Source: Thermodesulfovibrionales bacterium (lineage in GTDB: Bacteria; Nitrospirota; Thermodesulfovibrionia; Thermodesulfovibrionales; UBA6898). From it: a stretch of 50,559 bases of DNA. The notes below the pieces were generated by a model. It saw nothing but the letters and a program-made list of their open reading frames with translations. It was not told the origin of the DNA and did not search any database. A program made the position numbers and the translations under genes. Every line of letters starts with the position of its first letter. The stretch's first letter is position 1. The DNA lies in NCBI GenBank assembly GCA_020056455.1, contig JAGVHR010000015.1, positions 1 through 50,559 of the forward strand. The letters run 5' to 3'. Positions 43,615 to 50,559 of this stretch are shown one piece after another.

Positions 43615-44676
43615 TTATAGTACTTCCAATTCTTCAGGCAGAGATGTCAGCACCCTGCACCCCTGCTTTCCAACGAGCACCATGTCTTCAATCCTGACGC
43701 CGCCCACGCCGGACAGATAGATGCCCGGTTCAACAGTAAATACCATGCCAGCCCTGAGCGTTTCCCTGCTGACCCGTGAGATACGCGGAAGTTCATGAAC
43801 ATCAAGACCTACCCCGTGTCCTGTGCCGTGCCCAAAGCAGTCACCATACCCCGCTTTTTTTATAATATCTCTTGCTGTCTTGTCAACTGAACGGGCCATG
43901 ATCCCTTCCCGCACGATAGCTATGGCCTGGCGGTTTGCGCCCAGCACCGTATTGTATATCTCCTTCCTGACAGGAAGGTCTTTTCCGCCTCTCATAATAA
44001 ACGTTCTGGTCATGTCGGAAAAATAACCGCCCGCCTCACCTGCCCAGTCGATCATAACAAAATCGCCCTGCCTGATCCGATAATCCGTCGGTTTTGCATG
44101 GGGCATTGCGGAATTGCTGCCGGCAGCAACAATAATATCAAAGGGTATAACCGCGCATCCCTGGTTCTTCAGCCCTGCTTCCAGTCTCAATGCAAGATGT
44201 TTTTCTGAAAAACCGGTCCTGATGTACGGCTTCATCTCAAGAAAGGCCTTCTCAGCGCGTTCAACCGCCCTGGAGATCATCTTCATCTCCAGCATGCCTT
44301 TGACCCTCCTCATGTCTTCGAGCAGGTTTGTTACGCACTTGACCCTGATCCCCTTTCTAAGAAGCGACTTGTAGAATGAATATGAAACAGTGGACTCAAA
44401 CCCCAGGGTCGTAATGCCGGAGGCCCTGGCCTTATCGAGCAGCTCTCTCGGCCTCTCCTGCTGCTCGATAATGATATCAAAGCCCCTCACTTCCCTCTTT
44501 GTCTGCTCATCGTAGCGGGAATCAGTAAAAAAAATCCTGTTTTTCCCTGTGATCAGAAGACAAGCGGAAGAACCGGTAAATCCTGTAAGATAACGGATAT
44601 TTTTTATATTGGAAACGAGCATCCCGTTCATCCCTTTTTGAGCAAGGGATTCGGTAAGGGCAACTACAGGATTCAT
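43615..44676 (-). CDS. Xaa-Pro aminopeptidase / M24B family peptidase
   Basis: Metal ligand blocks ([33 protein letters not shown]...GGVRIED). Confidence 0.9.
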   Translation of the reverse strand: MNPVVALTESLAQKGMNGMLVSNIKNIRYLTGFTGSSACLLITGKNRIFFTDSRYDEQTKREVRGFDIIIEQQERPRELLDKARASGITTLGFESTVSYSFYKSLLRKGIRVKCVTNLLEDMRRVKGMLEMKMISRAVERAEKAFLEMKPYIRTGFSEKHLALRLEAGLKNQGCAVIPFDIIVAAGSNSAMPHAKPTDYRIRQGDFVMIDWAGEAGGYFSDMTRTFIMRGGKDLPVRKEIYNTVLGANRQAIAIVREGIMARSVDKTARDIIKKAGYGDCFGHGTGHGVGLDVHELPRISRVSRETLRAGMVFTVEPGIYLSGVGGVRIEDMVLVGKQGCRVLTSLPEELEVL

Positions 44677-45101
44677 CTGCCCAGGATCTTCCGGCAGGCC
44701 CGAAGGGCCAGAAGATAACCCTCCATGCCAAGGCCGCTGATCTGGCCGGTAACAACGCCTGCCATGTAGGATGTTTTCCTGAATTCCTCTCTTTTGTGGA
44801 TATTGGAGATATGGACCTCGATTGCGGGTCTGCCCACGGCTGCAATGGCGTCCCTGATAGCAACACTTGTATGCGTATAGGCTGCGGGATTGATGATCAG
44901 CGCATCGCAGGGAGTGTTCTGAAGTGCATCGACAATAGCGCCTTCGCTGTTTGACTGAAAGATCACGGTGTCGAGACCCAGTTCCCCGGAAAGCTCCATA
45001 ATCTGCTGATTTATGTCCTGAAGCGTTGTCCGGCCGTAGACATCAGGCTCTCTTGTCCCAAGAAGGTTAAGATTCGGTCCATGTACAACGAGGATTTTCA
45101 T
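44673..45101 (-). CDS. aroQ: Type II 3-dehydroquinate dehydratase
   Basis: [17 protein letters not shown]...YG and [11 protein letters not shown] motifs. Confidence 0.95.
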   Translation of the reverse strand: MKILVVHGPNLNLLGTREPDVYGRTTLQDINQQIMELSGELGLDTVIFQSNSEGAIVDALQNTPCDALIINPAAYTHTSVAIRDAIAAVGRPAIEVHISNIHKREEFRKTSYMAGVVTGQISGLGMEGYLLALRACRKILGR

Positions 45102-45151
45102 AGCTGAGTTCTCCTGATCCGGAACGTTCCCTGCACATGCAAGCGCAGAAG

Positions 45152-45532
45152 CTAAAATTCGTTTTCTATCCTGGGGACTGTTGTCTTCAGGACGTAACGT
45201 CCTTTTCCGAAATTTCCTTCAGGGTGAATTATAAGAGCGAGATAGTAGTCATTATTGATCTTTCTCATTATTATTCCGCAGGTGTCAGATACAATCGAAA
45301 ACTCCCTGGCTTCCCCAAGACCAAGATTTTCAGCCGCATATCCGATGTCCCTTATCATTGCCGAAGCCTCAGCTCCAAGTCCGGTAAGGTCAATGAGCCG
45401 TTCAGAAGCATACTCCTGAACAGCTATTCCGTCGGACGCAATGATCATTGACGCGACAGCTCCGTCGACTTTTTCTACGGTCTCTTTAAGTACGTCCAAA
45501 AAATCCATCGCGCCTCTTATAAATTCTTTCAA
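45152..45532 (-). CDS. Roadblock/LC7 (MglB-like) domain protein
   Basis: 126 aa with alternating alpha-beta pattern. Blocks ([31 protein letters not shown]) are typical of Robl/LC7 proteins. The start is ambiguous (overlaps the TPR gene by 23-47 nt). Confidence 0.6.
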   Translation of the reverse strand: MKEFIRGAMDFLDVLKETVEKVDGAVASMIIASDGIAVQEYASERLIDLTGLGAEASAMIRDIGYAAENLGLGEAREFSIVSDTCGIIMRKINNDYYLALIIHPEGNFGKGRYVLKTTVPRIENEF

Positions 45533-46622
45533 GAAATGAATTCAACCCTGCCACGAGCATTTCCTTGTCCTTGCCCATAAGTGAAAGAAGCGCCCGGAGT
45601 TCTTCTGCGCGCTGAAGGACCATTTTATTGTCCGGATCAGAAGCAAGGACCATCTTGTATGCGCTCATGGCCTCTGCGAATTTGCCTTCCCCTACAAATC
45701 TGTCCCCGTCAGCAACACCAACGGTCTTATTTTTTACAACAGCCGCTGGTTCATCCAAAAACATATTCACGTAATGCCCGCCCGGTTCCTTGAGTTCTTC
45801 AGCAAGTTCTGTTGCATCGGCCTCAGCTATCGTCGAAGCCGGCTGTTGTCCACTCCCGGACACATCTTCAGTCTGAATTCCGGATGCAATAGAAGCGAAT
45901 GACGGCACATCCCCTTCCGACGCTTCTTCTTCAGATATATTCACGGCATCGAACTTATCGACAGCGTTCTGAACTGCCGGCAGGTCCTCATGATCAGTCT
46001 CAGACTCATCGCCAAAGTTTGCTTTTCCTCCAAATAAAGAGTCCTTGAATGCATTGAGTTCCTCTTCTGAATGTTTCACCCTGTCAACTGCAGCCCCAGT
46101 ACTGATCTCATCTTCGTGATGCAGGTAAACAGACTCTTCATTTGCTAATTTTTCGGTCATCTCCTTTTCCACCGATTGACTAACCACACCGGTCGGCTCC
46201 AATGCGGGCAGTGCTGGAGAGAGAAGCGCCTCAATCTCTCTGAGGCTGGTGACAGACTCATCATCAAGAGGATTAAGCCTAAGGACAGTCTTGAGCGTTT
46301 TTACAGCCAGTTCAGGCTCGCCTGACGCCCTGTAGACCTCGGCAAGTTTCCTGTGAGCGAAAAGATTATCAGGCACGATCTTCACAACACTTTCAAATTC
46401 TCTACGCGCCTCATCAGTCATGCCCTTTTCAAAGTAAATCTTCCCGAGCAGGACCCTGGCGCTGGTGTATGAAGAATGCCGCTCAATACCCTGCTGTAAT
46501 ACGTCTATAGCCTCATCAAGCATGCCTTCTTTTCTGTATTCCTCGGCAAGGGGCAAAAAAAGCTTGGAATTTGAGTCTTTTTCAAACTTTTCTTTAAGTT
46601 TTTCTATATCTTTCGATGCCAT
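45486..46622 (-). CDS. TPR-repeat protein with a long acidic low-complexity linker
   Basis: N-terminal TPR units (LPLAEEYRKEGMLDEAIDVLQ..., ARVLLGKIYFEKGMTDEA...). Acidic middle. C-terminal TPR (GEGKFAEAMSAYKMVLASDPDN). Confidence 0.7.
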   Translation of the reverse strand: MASKDIEKLKEKFEKDSNSKLFLPLAEEYRKEGMLDEAIDVLQQGIERHSSYTSARVLLGKIYFEKGMTDEARREFESVVKIVPDNLFAHRKLAEVYRASGEPELAVKTLKTVLRLNPLDDESVTSLREIEALLSPALPALEPTGVVSQSVEKEMTEKLANEESVYLHHEDEISTGAAVDRVKHSEEELNAFKDSLFGGKANFGDESETDHEDLPAVQNAVDKFDAVNISEEEASEGDVPSFASIASGIQTEDVSGSGQQPASTIAEADATELAEELKEPGGHYVNMFLDEPAAVVKNKTVGVADGDRFVGEGKFAEAMSAYKMVLASDPDNKMVLQRAEELRALLSLMGKDKEMLVAGLNSFLERIYKRRDGFFGRT

Positions 46623-46658
46623 AAGCTTTCAATTTTTTAGCAAAATACAGAGATAAAG

Positions 46659-47891
46659 TCAAGTTTTGATTTTCATGTAACGGTCAAGTATGATGCAGGC
46701 GATCTCGTCCTTGCTCATGAGTTCAGTGCTTGTAGAGCCAATTTTGTCGAGGATGACAACACGATTAGTGTCGGTCTCAAACCCCGCATCCTTCTCAGTA
46801 ACGTCATTGAAAACGATCATATCCATATTTTTTCCGCTCATCTTGGCCTTTGCTTTTTCGATATTGCTGCCTGTCTCAGCTGCGAAACCAATAATAAAAG
46901 GCCTCTTTTTCCATGAAGAGATACTGGATATTATGTCCACGGTATTGTCTACCGCAATTGTCGATACGCCTCTTTTTTCAAGCTTAACGCCGGACTGCCG
47001 GACCGGCTTGAAATCAGCCACAGCAGCAGCCATAATGAGAGCGTCAGCGCCCTTTTCCGATTCCTCTTCAACCGCCCGGAACATCTGGTCAGAGGTATGA
47101 GCCTGCCTGAACACCACCCCTTGAGGCGGCCTGAGAGCCGTGGGACCACTGATAAGCGCCACCTCTGCTCCTCTGTTTCGGGCAATCTTCGCGAGGCTGA
47201 AGCCCATTTTTCCAGAAGACCGGTTCGAAATAAACCTGACCGGATCCATATACTCCCTGGTCGGGCCGGCAGTTACCACGATCTTCTGTCCTTTGAGGTC
47301 TTTCGGAGAAAGCGCGGCAATGACAGCATCGACAATATCCTGTACAGCGGCAAGCCTCCCTTTGCCCTCTTCACCGCAGGCAAGCGGGCCGCAGTCAGGA
47401 CCGATCTGCATCACACCGAGGGACAGCAGTTTCCTGAGGTTTTCCTGCACAACAGGATGCTCATACATCTTCCAGTTCATGGAAGGAGCAATAACCACAG
47501 GCCCCTGGTATGCGAGGAACACTGTTGAAAGAATATCGTCGGCAATGCCGTTGGCTAATTTTGCAATGGTATTGGCAGTGGCAGGAGCTATGACCAGAAC
47601 ATCAGCCTGGGCAGGCAGAGCAATGTGCGCGAGAGGGTCCTGAAAAAGCGATGTATGTACGGCATTTTGGGAAGCGACCTGAAGAGAAAGAGGTGTGATG
47701 AATTCCCGGGCTGCCCCGGTCATCATGACCGTGACCGTGGCGCCCATATCTTTCAGCCTCCGGATAAGATCAGCAGCCTTGTACGCCGCCACTCCACCGG
47801 AGACTCCGAGGAGTACCGACTTATATTTGAGGCTCGTCAGCTTCTGTTTCCTTCTTGCCTCCGAAAAGCTCCTCAAAGGCCTTTTTGTCAA
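46659..47891 (-). CDS. coaBC: Bifunctional phosphopantothenoylcysteine decarboxylase / phosphopantothenate-cysteine ligase
   Basis: Flavoprotein N-domain (LLGVSGGVAAYKA). CoaB domain (TAGPTREYMDPVRFISNRSSGKMG, AAAVADF). The true start is probably downstream of 47891, since that start overlaps rpoZ by 71 nt. Confidence 0.9.
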   Translation of the reverse strand: MTKRPLRSFSEARRKQKLTSLKYKSVLLGVSGGVAAYKAADLIRRLKDMGATVTVMMTGAAREFITPLSLQVASQNAVHTSLFQDPLAHIALPAQADVLVIAPATANTIAKLANGIADDILSTVFLAYQGPVVIAPSMNWKMYEHPVVQENLRKLLSLGVMQIGPDCGPLACGEEGKGRLAAVQDIVDAVIAALSPKDLKGQKIVVTAGPTREYMDPVRFISNRSSGKMGFSLAKIARNRGAEVALISGPTALRPPQGVVFRQAHTSDQMFRAVEEESEKGADALIMAAAVADFKPVRQSGVKLEKRGVSTIAVDNTVDIISSISSWKKRPFIIGFAAETGSNIEKAKAKMSGKNMDMIVFNDVTEKDAGFETDTNRVVILDKIGSTSTELMSKDEIACIILDRYMKIKT

Positions 47892-48228
47892 AGGTTTCCT
47901 TTTCGTGCAGATAGACCTTCAGGTCCTTCTCCAATTCGCTCATGTCTTCTCCTGCGGGCAACTTTCTGCTCTCTTCCAGGAGTTTCCGGAAATCGTATTT
48001 ACCTGACTTCTCCTGCGCCACCCTGGCCTCCTCACCGATAATGAATTCAAGGCGGTCCAGGATCGCTTCTTCAGTGGCTATAGTCGTGACCTTTCTTGAT
48101 TTGGTGACAATCTTCGGCTTTCCTCCGAAGGCAAGCTCCTTGGCCCTCTGGGCAGCTATATGCACGAGCCTGAATTTGCCGTCGATCTTCTTATGGTCAA
48201 TCTCCACAGGCAGAGAAATAATGTCCAT
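47821..48228 (-). CDS. rpoZ: DNA-directed RNA polymerase omega subunit with an extended acidic C-terminus
   Basis: The N-terminal block (KFRLVHIAAQRAKEL) is typical of omega. Located between gmk and coaBC, as in many bacteria. Confidence 0.8.
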   Translation of the reverse strand: MDIISLPVEIDHKKIDGKFRLVHIAAQRAKELAFGGKPKIVTKSRKVTTIATEEAILDRLEFIIGEEARVAQEKSGKYDFRKLLEESRKLPAGEDMSELEKDLKVYLHEKETFDKKAFEELFGGKKETEADEPQI

Positions 48229-48234
48229 AGATGT

Positions 48235-48858
48235 TTACCTCCGTATAATATTTTTCTCGATCCATGCTGAATCCTTATTGGAGCTCCGCTGCCGTTCAGC
48301 CGTAATAATGGACTCGAACTTCCTGATGGAACTCCTCAGCAGGTCGTTTACTATAACATAATCGTACATTTTATATTCCCTGATTTCCTCAACTGCCCTG
48401 GCCAGTCTTCTTTCCATATCCTCGCGGGTATTGCTCATCCTCTTTTCGAGCCTCTCCCTTAGCACGGTCATGGAGGGAGGGAGGATAAAGATGAAAACCC
48501 CGTTTTCAAAGGTGTTTCTGATCTGCCTGGCGCCCTGCGTGTCTATGTCAAGAATAACGTCGTATCCGTCATTAATGACCTTTTCGAGCCGCTTCCGAGA
48601 GGTCCCGTACAGATTGCCGTGCACCTCAGCCCATTCCACGAATTCACCCGCTGCGATCATGGAGCGGAATTTCCTTTCCGTTACAAAAAAATAGTCCTCG
48701 CCTCTGACCTCTCCGTCTCTCGGCTTCCTCGTAGTAAAAGAAACAGATGTTTTCAGCTTGTCCATGGTCCCTATGAGCCTCTTGCAGAGAGTTGTTTTTC
48801 CCGCGCCGGAGGGCGCTGAAACGATAAAGATGTTCCCCCTGCCACTACTCTTCGTCAC
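48235..48858 (-). CDS. gmk: Guanylate kinase
   Basis: P-loop SAPSGAGKTT. TTRKPRDGE and YFFV motifs. Confidence 0.95.
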   Translation of the reverse strand: MTKSSGRGNIFIVSAPSGAGKTTLCKRLIGTMDKLKTSVSFTTRKPRDGEVRGEDYFFVTERKFRSMIAAGEFVEWAEVHGNLYGTSRKRLEKVINDGYDVILDIDTQGARQIRNTFENGVFIFILPPSMTVLRERLEKRMSNTREDMERRLARAVEEIREYKMYDYVIVNDLLRSSIRKFESIITAERQRSSNKDSAWIEKNIIRR

Positions 48859-48969
48859 TGGCGGTCCTCCCTTCTGAAAACCTCCGGGTAATCGCTTCTA
48901 CCTGAAGGCCGGACAGAATAATATAGTTGCTGTCCGAAATAATTATTGAACTATCTATCTCTTATATTG

Positions 48970-49818
48970 TTATTGCAGGTTCTGCACCTGTTCCCGAATC
49001 TTCTCTATCTCTGTTTTCATATCCACGGAAAGTCTGGAGATATCATATTCAGCAGACTTTGAGGACATCGTGTTTACTTCCCGGTTCAATTCCTGGACAA
49101 GAAAATCAAGTTTTCTTCCGACAATACCATCATTTCTGAGGATTTCCCGGAACTGCTGAATATGACAATCCAGCCTTGATATCTCCTCTGATATATCGAG
49201 TTTGGAGGCAAGGAGCGCGATCTCCTGATTAAGCCTGCCAGTGTCTATTTCGCTTCCTTCGAGCAGAGCACATAGTTTCTCCTTCAGCCTGCGACCTGCC
49301 TCCTGAGCTGTCTCTGCGCTCAGCTCCATCATCTTCCGGTTCATCGCTTCGAGGCTGCTTATCATCCTGCCGAGCTCTTCCACAAGGTACCGCCCTTCCC
49401 TGTTCCTCATGTTCTCCAGCCCTTTAACGGCATCTTCAAATACACGTTTGATTTCTTCAATGTCACAGGAAAAATCTGCTTCCATAAACATGTCATGAAA
49501 ATATGCCATACTGCTGATATCCACATCTCCCAGGATCGAGAAATCCTGCTGCAGGGACCTGAGTGCAATGACTATCCTGCCGGCTACTTCCTTGTTGACC
49601 CTGAGGTCCGCAGCAGTCTCGCCGGAGAAAGATATGTTCACGTCAAACTTTCCCCTGCTGAACCGCTCCCTCAGCATATTCCTGAAGGTCATCTCATGCT
49701 GATTGAGAAATGACGGCGACTTGATATAAATATCAAGGAACCTCTGGTTGAGAGACCTGATTTCAACCCTGCAGCCGTTTTTTTCCGAGCTTCCAAAGCC
49801 TGTCATACTCTGTGCCAT
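48970..49818 (-). CDS. yicC: YicC-family stress-induced protein
   Basis: N-terminal SMTGFG motif. C-terminal DUF1732-like block (GRKLDFLVQELNREVNTMSSKS). ATG at 49818 chosen by analogy to MxxSMTGFG starts; the ORF is open to the TTG at 49878. Confidence 0.85.
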   Translation of the reverse strand: MAQSMTGFGSSEKNGCRVEIRSLNQRFLDIYIKSPSFLNQHEMTFRNMLRERFSRGKFDVNISFSGETAADLRVNKEVAGRIVIALRSLQQDFSILGDVDISSMAYFHDMFMEADFSCDIEEIKRVFEDAVKGLENMRNREGRYLVEELGRMISSLEAMNRKMMELSAETAQEAGRRLKEKLCALLEGSEIDTGRLNQEIALLASKLDISEEISRLDCHIQQFREILRNDGIVGRKLDFLVQELNREVNTMSSKSAEYDISRLSVDMKTEIEKIREQVQNLQ

Positions 49819-49899
49819 TATAGTGTTAACTATAAAAGACGATCTCGTAAAAAGTCCATATGCTGCGTTGCGCTGCAAAACTCCCTTTGATTAGCTTAG

Positions 49900-49951
49900 G
49901 GCAGGCTCGTCGACTGTCATGGTGAGCTTGTCGAACCATGCGCACCCTGCC
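49900..49951. repeat. Nested-hairpin palindromic element (REP/MITE-like) in the yicC-por intergenic region
   Basis: The outer stem GGCAGG (49900-49905) / CCTGCC (49946-49951) encloses the inner stem CATGGT (49918-49923) / ACCATG (49935-49940), whose loop is GAGCTTGTCGA. Confidence 0.7.
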
Positions 49952-50118
49952 ATTGGCGCTTTTTACGCAACCGTCTGTTTTGAGTTTTTAAGGGTCTGTC
50001 ACAAACAGCGTGTCACAGAAGACCAAATAGATCTATAAGTTATTGTAATATCTAAATTTATTGAAAATAATAACCGTATCCTATAAAATTAATATCCAAT
50101 TCACTCCTGGAGGAAAAT

Positions 50119-50559
50119 ATGGCAGAAACAGTTGAAATCAGATGGCACGGAAGAGGCGGCCAGGGCACCGTAACGGCTGCCAAAGTGCTGGCAGACACAT
50201 GTCTGAGCGGTGGAAGGCATGTTCAGGCATTCCCGGAATACGGTCCTGAAAGGGCCGGAGCTCCGCTTAGGGCATACAACCGCATTGCATCAAAAGAGCT
50301 CAGGATCCACTGCCCTGTGCTTGAACCCGATGTTGTCGCGGTGGTCGACGCAACACTCCTTGACAGCATAAATGTTACAGAGGGAGGGAGGGAAAATACG
50401 ATCTTTGTCGTAAATACCTCGAAGAATCCCCAGGATATCCGGACAAAACTGAATGCAGGCCCCGGGCAGAGGGTTGTTACTATCGATGCAACCAGGATCT
50501 CTATCGACTGCTTTGGAAGAGCAATGCCGAACTCGTCCATGCTCGGCGCTGTATGCAAG
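50119..50559 (+). CDS. Pyruvate/2-oxoacid:ferredoxin oxidoreductase gamma subunit (3' partial, runs off the window)
   Basis: Hand translation: MAETVEIRWHGRGGQGTVTAAKVLADTCLSGGRHVQAFPEYGPERAGAPLRAYNRI... This is the classic gamma-subunit GRGGQG...FPEYGPERRGAP pattern. GGAGG RBS 5 nt upstream. Not in the ORF track because no stop codon falls inside the window. Confidence 0.85.
   Translation, partial: MAETVEIRWHGRGGQGTVTAAKVLADTCLSGGRHVQAFPEYGPERAGAPLRAYNRIASKELRIHCPVLEPDVVAVVDATLLDSINVTEGGRENTIFVVNTSKNPQDIRTKLNAGPGQRVVTIDATRISIDCFGRAMPNSSMLGAVCK

Noticed and set aside
50223-50558. Minus-strand 111-aa ORF listed in the ORF track
   Set aside because: It is an antisense shadow of the plus-strand gamma-subunit gene of pyruvate:ferredoxin oxidoreductase (50119 onwards). 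That gene has a GGAGG RBS and an unmistakable GRGGQG...FPEYGPER motif, whereas the minus-strand translation is low-complexity.
1-50559. Search for CRISPR arrays, transposases, integrases, toxin-antitoxin pairs, restriction-modification or other known defence genes
   Set aside because: I recognised none in any of the six frames. The window reads as core chromosome with a few accessory-looking signalling and envelope genes.

Overview
This 50.6 kb window is a gene-dense chromosomal segment of about 48-50% GC by eye. About 85% of it is coding and most genes are on the minus strand. The gene content suggests an anaerobic, sigma-54-using bacterium: pyruvate:ferredoxin oxidoreductase, CooC, ThyX, LPS heptosyltransferases, an AsmA-like protein, and small GC-rich palindromic elements that I recall from Nitrospirota and Deltaproteobacteria-type MAGs. 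That lineage guess is inference only. Most of the window is housekeeping: hom plus an aminotransferase, lipA, tpiA-secG, aroQ-pepP-efp-accB-accC-thiE, coaBC-rpoZ-gmk-yicC, moeA/mogA, thyX, and a tRNA-Val(GAC). I saw no CRISPR array, transposase, integrase, prophage genes or recognisable defence genes. The most unusual region is 116-7943. It holds three co-directional signalling genes: a REC plus Cys4-module regulator, a 1596-aa CheB-CheR-PAS-histidine-kinase fusion, and an NtrC-type sigma-54 activator. These genes are bracketed by two nearly identical (24/25 nt) sigma-54 -24/-12 promoter sequences, with tandem upstream repeat motifs. A C11 homopolymer separates a strong-RBS ATG from the kinase reading frame, and two perfect hairpin palindromes are retained in frame inside the kinase gene. 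The second candidate is a tightly translationally coupled operon of a GT2 glycosyltransferase, a radical SAM (atypical SPASM/twitch) enzyme and a BaiN-like flavoprotein at 30779-34035, next to a large exported glycoside-hydrolase-like protein. Other notable points: EF-P has Arg instead of Lys at the modification tip and no modifier gene lies nearby. A 56-aa DsrH-like ORF absent from the ORF track is paired with a DsrE-like gene. WaaF is fused to GmhB. An orphan P19-like metal-binding protein sits upstream of a binding-protein-coupled orphan kinase. A 604-aa secreted protein has an N-terminal region I cannot place. All functional calls come from reading motifs in the translations. No database search was run.
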